Of a DNA stretch of 64,000 nt, positions 11,793 to 20,165 are shown piece by piece. Origin of the DNA: Thalia democratica (lineage: Eukaryota); the NCBI GenBank assembly GCA_965202585.1, contig OZ241832.1, positions 17,422,001-17,486,000 on the forward strand, written 5' to 3'. Made by a program: the position numbers and the translations under genes. Below the pieces are notes generated by a model that was given only the letters and a program-made list of their open reading frames with translations, made no database searches and had not been told where the DNA came from. Numbering within the stretch: position 1 is the first letter of the stretch; each line of letters begins with the position of its first letter.

Positions 11793-13858
11793 ATGAGGAA
11801 AATGAAACTACTTTTTATCGTGGTAATACTCATAACAGTTATTGTTGGTTGTCATGGTGTTAACAAAGAAACTTGTCGACAAAGTCATGGAAAGATATTT
11901 TGTCAGGAGAAAGAACTTAAAGAGATTCCTTCAGACATTGTGTGGCCTGAAGCAACGACCCTACTTCTTTATGGAAACCAGATTGAAAGTACTGAGCAAC
12001 TAGATATTCATCTGAGCATGTTCAAAAAACTTCAGACTCTTGATATGCACATCAATCGTCTAAACAGGGTGCCTAAAGCCCCAACAACTATCAAAAAGCT
12101 AGACCTTGATGCGAACAGAATCAAAAGAATAAGCACGGATCTTAACAGCTTAAAAGAGCTCAAGGTATTGTCTTTGAGATCGAACAAATTAAACGACGCT
12201 TCTTTTGACTCAAACACTTTCTCTGAAAACAATAAATTAGAGGAAATCAACTTAGACTACAACCAGTTAGAATTCATACCTAAAAACTTGCCGTTGAGCC
12301 TGAAAAAGTTGACACTGAAAAACAATTCAATAATCAGTATTCAGAGACAACCCTTAGACCGTTTAGTAAACCTACAATTTCTAATGATTGAAGATAATTT
12401 AATAACAAACATGCAAATTGAAAGAAGCTCTTTTTCGCAATTGAACAATCTTAAAGACTTAAACTTGCAAAATAACAAGTTGACAGACGTACCTTTGGGT
12501 CTTCCGTACACTCTAAAGAACTTATACCTGTCACACAACCAGATAGAGTACATCAAAATTGAAGATGGACCTCACAGTGGTACCTTGTTTAAGTTTGAAG
12601 AACTAAAGTTTGTAGATCTAAGCTACAACAAACTGAAAAGTGTTCAACCTCGTTCATTAGACAGCGTCAAAGCTGCGAGTTTCAAAGGTAATAAATGGGT
12701 TTGTGATTGTTGGTTGGATTATTTTAGATCATGGCTCGAAACGTCACTTAGTAACAAGGATCTCACTTGCGATGGTGGACCTCTAAATTTGTTAAGTAAA
12801 CCAATAAAAGAATTGGATGACTTGAGTTGTGAGTCTAGATACAGGGCGAGAAATTTTATTAGTGCTTCTGTTAATCACAATTCAATTAAAATAACCTGGC
12901 AGCATCCGTATAAACCACCTGCTTTCGTGCAAACTCTTGTATTATACGGTGAATGTGTCAATTGTAACGAACGTACAATGTACAGGAACAACATAGCAGT
13001 AGAAGACATGACTTCGAGATACAAGACTACTAACTTTACTTCAGTAGACAAGAAAGCAAACAAACTGGCAACTCAATTGAACAGTTTGAAAAGTAACATG
13101 ACGTATCACGTTTGCATTTACGATAGCGAACAAAACGTTGATGACGTCATTAATAACCAGTGCAGGTTGATCAGGACGAGCCCACAAACCGTGGACAGTT
13201 CTTCTATGGACCCTGTCTACTTGGCCCTGATAGTTTTATCTACTCTATTGTTGCTTACTGTGATTGCTACTGCTACTTACTGTTTATTTCACCACCAACT
13301 ACCTGGTTTTTCAAAGTTCAAACGAAAAACTACTACTCCTAGAATGAGTCCTGTTGACCTGGAACGTCAATTTCTTCCCAGAAATCATCAGAGTTTGCCT
13401 CCAGGTTTTCAAGGGCATCCTGAAGATTACCTAAATCAACAACTTCGACCACAGCCATCCATACCTGTTACAACCCATAATAACGGTAGCTACCCTAATC
13501 ACCATAGCAACCAAGCTGATTACAACACCCAGTGGTCGAACCGAACTTACGCCGAGTGCGGGTCGTACCACATGTCACAACAGCGACACCCAACGAGAGA
13601 ACCCACAATAAATCAGCTTATACCACCCATGTTTCAACCAAGGGACGATGATTGTTACCATGACAACCGAGACGCAGCTGTTGACGCAACAAGAGAGTTC
13701 CAATCGTTGCTGCCTGGCAACAAGAACTCTCCTTCATACGAAGTTCCACAAGTTCCTCTAAGAAACTCACCAATCAGGAGTAATCTTCCGTCACCTACAA
13801 ATGAAATTAACACAAGGTTGTCGTCACCTTTGAGGCATGACAGCTGCAGTGGTAACAG
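11793..13858 (+). CDS. FLRT: FLRT-like LRR-FN3 transmembrane protein A, main coding exon (signal peptide, LRRNT, 10 LRR, LRRCT, FN3, TM, tail)
   Basis: Long ORF with a hydrophobic N-terminus. EATTLLLYGNQI resembles vertebrate FLRT DATTLYLQNNQI. Ten LxxLxLxxN repeats, LRRCT NKWVCDC...C...C, FN3 (SIKITW...LKSNMTYHVCI) and TM VYLALIVLSTLLLLTVIATATYCLF. Acceptor ttttcag at 11737; donor AACAG|GTAAGA at 13858/13859. Family call is from recalled architecture, not a search. Confidence 0.88.
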
Positions 13859-15100
13859 GTAAGAGTTTTTATCACTTATTAACAAGATTTCCTTTTTATA
13901 ACTACGTAATATTAGGTACCTTACTACGTTTAAATATTTTTAAGTTTGAAACTTGTTTATTACTAAATAATTTAGCATACATAAAAAAAAAGTTCAAATT
14001 AGTTCGAAAATTTTTTAAAGTAATACTCATATCTAATATAATCACCACATTATATAAACATAAATATAATGATAACTATCTATTTTCTTGTTTAATTACT
14101 CTTTCCTAATATCGAGTTAATCATAAGCGTTTTTAAAACGTTGTAAACGTAAAAACATGTAAAAGTGAAAAAAACTGACACTTTTAACGCTTGTTTGTTT
14201 GTAGCAACAATTAAGTCTGTAATGACTTGAAAGTACTTTTGCCGCCCGATTAACCGTATGACGTCACAAAGGTATCGGAAAGTTGTGAGGATACTTAGTA
14301 GACACTTGAGAGTCCTCAAATGTTAGAACAATTAACTTTCCTCTCTTTTTAATTTAAAAAAGAATTTTGTCTTTATGAAATTTTTAGTTGTTTCCAGTTG
14401 TTTTAGAAAAAAACCTTCAAGTAAATTAATAGACATATGTTTCCAAAAAATAGGATTAAGCACAATTCATCAATAAGAGTTCAAAAATTTTAATTTTGAA
14501 TTTTAGAAGAGTAAGCAAATACTTTATCAAAATTTTTGAATATGTCTTTAACTATTCTTATTTAAATGTCTACAAAATTTTCCTCCCGAATTAAGAAAAA
14601 TCGCGGCGTAGCTAACTTTAACTTTAATATTTGTTCAGTACTTTACTGCCTTGTTGACTAGATTTACAGCTTTGAATTACTTCTTTGTAAGAAGTTCTTT
14701 ATATTTGCGTTCTATGTTTTTTGCTCATAAAATGAAGTCTTTTAGAATTTTATTGTTGTAAATGCTAAAGCGTGTTTTGCATATGTTTTTTAAATTACTT
14801 GTTTTTGTTTGACTTCTTTAGACCATTATAAGTTGACAAGTTTATAAAATGTTTTTACAAAAATTCAATGTTTAATTTGCAAAAAGATAAACACAACCTT
14901 CATTGTTTTTGTTAATAAAATCTGCTTTTTAATAATGTTTTCTCTTAGCCTCAGGCCTTTTCAAGTTTCCAACTTTTAAAGTACTTATGATGTTGGCTTG
15001 CGAAAACTTAAGTGTAATATATTTCCAAGTAACATACGAAAAAAGTTTATATACTGTACATATGAGTATATATGTTCAATTAATGTTTATCAGAAAGCTG

Positions 15101-15157
15101 AAAATCATAAACTGGCAGCATCCGTATAAACGTCCATATTTTGTTCAAACCCTTGTA
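15101..15157 (+). pseudogene. Intronic fragment homologous to the FN3-coding segment of the FLRT-like gene
   Basis: Translates KIINWQHPYKRPYFVQTLV versus KITWQHPYKPPAFVQTLV at ~12888-12941. Confidence 0.7.
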
Positions 15158-16871
15158 CCTTAACTTTAAGAAGGTTATCTCTTCATTTCAAGTTTATTAC
15201 GTATGTATGTAACAAATATGTAATTGCTGTTTATTTTTATAAAACTTATTTTTTATAATATTTTTAAGTATTTTTGTAAATGAACGAAATAATCTTAAAT
15301 TGAACAAGTATGTGATTAAAGATACATAGAAATGAACCTCAAACTTTATCATACTTACCAAATTGACCAATTCGAAATTTTTCAATAAAAAATTTCAATT
15401 TTACATTCATAAATACCACATTACGTGCTTATACTAAAAGGTAGGTCTACAAAATTCATACAAGATGAAAAGTTAAGACGCCGAAATTACTTCTTATCTG
15501 CAGACAATTGCAAAGTGGCCCATCATCTAAATTCACCATAAAGTAAACGACAGTTTAATACCAACAAATTGGTCTTTTTTGTCCTATCTTTTCACACCAG
15601 GGTTTAAAAAAATCTCAACTGTGAACTTTGAATCTGTTTGCCACTCCCTGGTATTTGTTGGAAGTTTGTGTTATTTGAAAAGTATAAAAATATAAACATT
15701 GAAAGCTTTTTCATGGTTTGATCAACTTAGCAGTGAACCAATTGTTTTCAACGAGTTTTTACGGGTGTATTATAAATGCACATGATAACATGTAACATCA
15801 TGAAGTTCACAACAGTTGATAATAAATTTCAAGTAAAAAATAGTCTTAAGTCCTTCACCAAGAAAAAAACTTTACTAACAATGTTGTCTAAGCTTTTACA
15901 AAAGCATTTATTCAACAAATTAGTTTTTGTTTTTAGTAAATTTACGCATCAAAATTTGCTATCAAACAAAACACTAACATTCTGAGATAGGCAACGGTTT
16001 ACACCAAATATCACGGATTTATTTGCAGTTCATCACCGACTTAATAGCCACTACTTCGCTCTGATTTTGGTGCAAAAATATTTTGTTTGTTGTCAACCTC
16101 ATTACCAATTTCATGGTCAGTAACAACGAGGTTTATACTTGATAAAAATTTGTCACATCACACCAAACAAAGAGATGAAAAAGAAAAACTAATGGACATA
16201 ATTACATTTCAAAAAAAAAATTCACAAGGTTTAAACAAAATTTACTAAGCAAACGAAACAAACTTTAATCTTTCGAGGTTAAAAGTTTAATCTCAGTCAG
16301 TTAGCAAAAAAATAAAACAGCCAGCAAACAAGAACACATCGATAACATTGTGTGATGTATAGATGAAAGTGACTACTGTTACGTCATAATGTGTATCGAT
16401 CTATAAGTTGGCACTTAAACATCTGTTTTGAGAGCCTCTTACACAGTACATGGCTGGCATTTTATCTAGTAACACTTTTACTTGATGCTACTCATAACAA
16501 TTGAAATGCCACACTCAACAGCTTGGCAAAAAAGTCATTTTTATGAAATTGTTTCGACTTTATAAAGCCTTGTTTGTTCAAATTGTTTTTCTGTCTTGTT
16601 ATACCTCATAAGATTTTTAAACATTAGAACTTAATACTTTTTCTCCTATGTAAAACTATGAAGTAATAAAAATTTATTCGAACCAAATATTTGATTATAT
16701 AGCTAATAAGCTTGAGCTTCTTATATTAACACTATAAATTTAAAAAAATTGCTAAATTTTTTAACCAATTATATACCATAAAAAGTTATAGCTTAAACCA
16801 CAATTACTTTTTTACTAAAACAGTCAAAATGATTTACAGATAAATAAATTTAATGTATTTTGTTTTTGCAG

Positions 16872-17139
16872 CGACTTGAATGGACCAGACACAATGTCAA
16901 CTCACCAAACAACAATCGAGTCCAGTCCCTCACCTGGACACCAAGTTTCGATGACAACGCACAGCAATGACGTCAGAATGCGACACGATGACGTAATAAG
17001 CCCGTACGACCACCTGATACCGCAACATCATTCATCATCAGTGACGTCACCGTCGTTTCTACGCAACAGTAGCGCGTTGTCACGTGACAGCGAGTATCAG
17101 CAGGTCAACCAGGGAGAAGTCAAGTGGTACGAAAGATGA
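16872..17139 (+). CDS. FLRT: FLRT-like protein A, terminal coding exon (Ser/Thr-rich tail ending KWYER); joined protein ~777 aa
   Basis: Acceptor tttgtttttgcag|C; the phase-2 join AG|C = Ser keeps the frame. A homologous exon with an acceptor exists in all three units. Confidence 0.8.
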
Positions 17140-20100
17140 CGTAAATGAAAGGTGCAGGTTGCTAAGCAACCGATAAGTGATGACGTTTAGGTTGTTAAGC
17201 AGCCAACTAGTGATAAGGAGGTGATGATAACCTGGTTGCTAGACAAATTTCGAGATCGTTTCAAAGGTGTTGGTTGTCAGGGATGTTTTTGGGTGTTTCT
17301 TTTTTACTGCATACTTCTTAATGCAAAAAAAGTCTAGACTTACTTGTAAAAATTTACTATCAACTTAGTAAACAATATGCCAAATAGTTTTTTAAACGAA
17401 AATTATTCTTAAATTACTTGTTTTCATCAAACTCTTTTCAAATTTATTTTCACAAAATCCGCTAAAAAAACTTTATATTTCTTTGTAAACCTGAATAATT
17501 TTTTCCTTATTGTAAAATTGTTTAATACTTAAATTCTAAGTCATTTTTTTCGTACAGTAGAACAAGATAATATTTAGATATTTATTCTAATTGAATAAAA
17601 ACAAACTTTTTTTGGATTTAACAATGCCTTCTTTGTTCAAATTGAAAAAAAAAAGTTTAAAGTAAAAAAAATAATTAAGAGGACCAGCGTTTTTTGTATA
17701 TTGTGAGCCTATAAAATTTGCCACAAAAATGTGCTCTTATATTTGTTGTTAAATCATTTTAAACTTGTTGCTTTTCATTGCCATACTTTTAAAAAATTCA
17801 TTTGTGCTAAAATTTGTATTTTAATTTGCTACCTGACAAAAGAAAACTTCTACTCACTAGCTTTAATTTCTTTGAAAAAAAAAGTTTAAACTTAATTAAG
17901 TTAATACAAAACATTTTTTTTAAGCAACTTTAAATTGATAAAAACAAATGTTGCCAATATTTTTAATCATTAGTGTCTTTAAGAATTTTATATTTTTTTT
18001 GTCGATTTGAAACAAATACATAAATTACCAAGTATTTAATTTGCTTCTTCTTCTTATAAAAATAATAAATAAAGTTTATACTTACTTATCTATATTTTAG
18101 TAGTACAATATTATATAAATTTAATATATAAATATAATTTAATGGGTTCAGCTTGTTATGATAGTAAATTCAATTTTCTTAAATTTTTTAAAGTTATTCT
18201 ATAAAAGTAAAAAAGACAAGACTCATTTAAAAGCAAACTTTTTTAAAATTTTTAAATAAACTTTTTTCTTAATGAAATAAGTAAAAATGCAACTTAAACT
18301 GACAAAAAGTCCTAAAAAAATATTTTATAACAAATTTATAAATACTTGCTGCAATTAGTAAGACCATTTTTCATCTTTTAAAGTAATTGAAAAATATTAG
18401 AAAAATTCAGTTTCTCATTGCATTAGACCATTGTTTACCAAACTCATTTTTATCAGTCGACCCTTTTTAGAAAATGAAAAAAAAATAATTGCTCTTATTT
18501 ATAACTCCCCTAGTCTAAGTTTTAATCTCCCGTACAATATCCCTCAGACATTTTTTTATTCTTATTTAAAAACTTAAAAATATCTAATTTAAAATAGTTG
18601 TTTTTACCATACGAGTTATCGACCAAAATAGTAAATCATCCCCTTTACTACTTATTGACCCCTACTTACTTAAATCACCTAAAAGGGACAACTTCTTTGG
18701 GAAACTCTGCTTTAGACTTAGCTGAAAAGGATTGCATTACATATCTACTTATTACAATTTTAAATTGCTCTTTTTTTTTTTTGAATACGTTATAGTAATT
18801 TTAAATGAAAAAAGTCAAATACGGATATTTGTTTACTCTTTTATCTAAAAGTGTTTTAAATGATAATAAATTATTTGATGTGTGCAAAAAGGTTGTTGTT
18901 CTTAGAAAAGCAAGTTTTTTTTTCAAACTGTTTTTGTAACAAACAGTTTTGATCAAATAGAACTGTAAAAACAAAATAATTTTGAATAAAACACTATCCC
19001 ACTAAACTTGTAAAATTAGCAGTTTGTACAAAGGTTTGTATAAAGATTAAATAGAGTAAAAAACAGCAATTCAGATATTTATCTCTAAAAAGTTTACACC
19101 AAAAATGCAAAACACAGTCAACTATATTAAAATTCTAAATTATAAAAATACTAATTACCGGTTAAATTTTAAGGATTTATTTACAACAAGTTTCTGTCTA
19201 CACTACGCATAAAAGTAGATACGTCATAATCATGCTTTAAATTTCAGAAGTTAAGTTTAAACATAGTTGATAGATTTAGTACGAAACTTAAAGTTGTTCA
19301 CAAAAAACACAATTATTCAATTAAATATTTTTTTTACTTCTATGATTTAAAGCAAGTTAAAGTAGTATATTAATTAATTTAAAGGTTTATGTTATATAAT
19401 CATATTTTGTAAAAAAAAACTTTGAATTCTTTGCCAAGTAAGTAAAACTTTGTTCAAGTAAAGCTACCAAACTTGCAAAAAAAAAAAGGTACAACAATAC
19501 TTTATAAGTAAACAAAAAAGTAATATTGTTTTGCTAAACATATTTATGTAAAACTTAATATTGAAGCTAAAAGTAATTTTGTCAATGTTTGTTTTTCATT
19601 TACAAAACAAGTATTGTGTTAGATTTTTAATATTTGTAGTTACCAAGTACTTATTAAGTGTTGTTTTCGATTATTTGTATTGCAAATAAGCAAGTTTAGA
19701 AATAAACTTTAGCTAAACTACATTTTCTTTGGTTGTGAGGGACTGCAGTGAATTAGTTGTTTTATGTGAAAAATAAAAAAGTTTTAAATATTAAAAGTTT
19801 TATCATTGTCCGAATTTTATACTTCTAATGAGAAATATGTACAATAATAAAATAATTTACACGTCACAACAAGATAAAAATACGATATAAAATCGCGACG
19901 TAAATTATCACAAATTCTACATATATAAGTTCGATTGATAAAAATCGTCTAAGTTAACTTCAAACCAAATTTTAATGTGTGTAGCTACTTAAAACGCTTA
20001 AAAAGTCGCCTTAAAAGTTAGTCAAAATTAATTTTTAAGAACAGGATAAAAATATTATTTTTATTCAAATAAATTTTCACACGACCTTTTATACTAAGTT

Positions 20101-20159
20101 AAAAAATCGATGGTATTTTATTTGCTTTGTAATTATGTTCTAGTGTTTGGCTTATGAAT

Positions 20160-20165
20160 AATAAA
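20160..20165 (+). other. Putative polyadenylation signal of gene A
   Basis: AATAAA within the conserved block ctagtgtt...cttatgaataataaagtgtt; also at 40135-40140 and 60141-60146. Confidence 0.4.

Noticed and set aside
11793-13858. Toll-like receptor or small leucine-rich proteoglycan identity
   Set aside because: No TIR domain; the FN3 plus TM after the LRRCT excludes SLRPs and matches FLRT.
12032-13885. Antisense and alternative-frame ORFs overlapping the FLRT exons (also 34733-35020, 54884-55380)
   Set aside because: Shadows of real coding sequence; start/stop positions are not conserved between paralogs.
16400-16520. miRNA-like seeds (ttggcact, taacact) and a tggcattt/aaatgcca stem
   Set aside because: No pre-miRNA-length hairpin, and the pairing is not conserved in units 2 and 3.
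17584-17598. attctaattgaataa resembles the ascidian spliced leader ATTCTATTTGAATAAG
   Set aside because: Mismatched, lacks the following GT donor and SL RNA body, is not conserved in the other units, and is expected by chance in AT-rich DNA.
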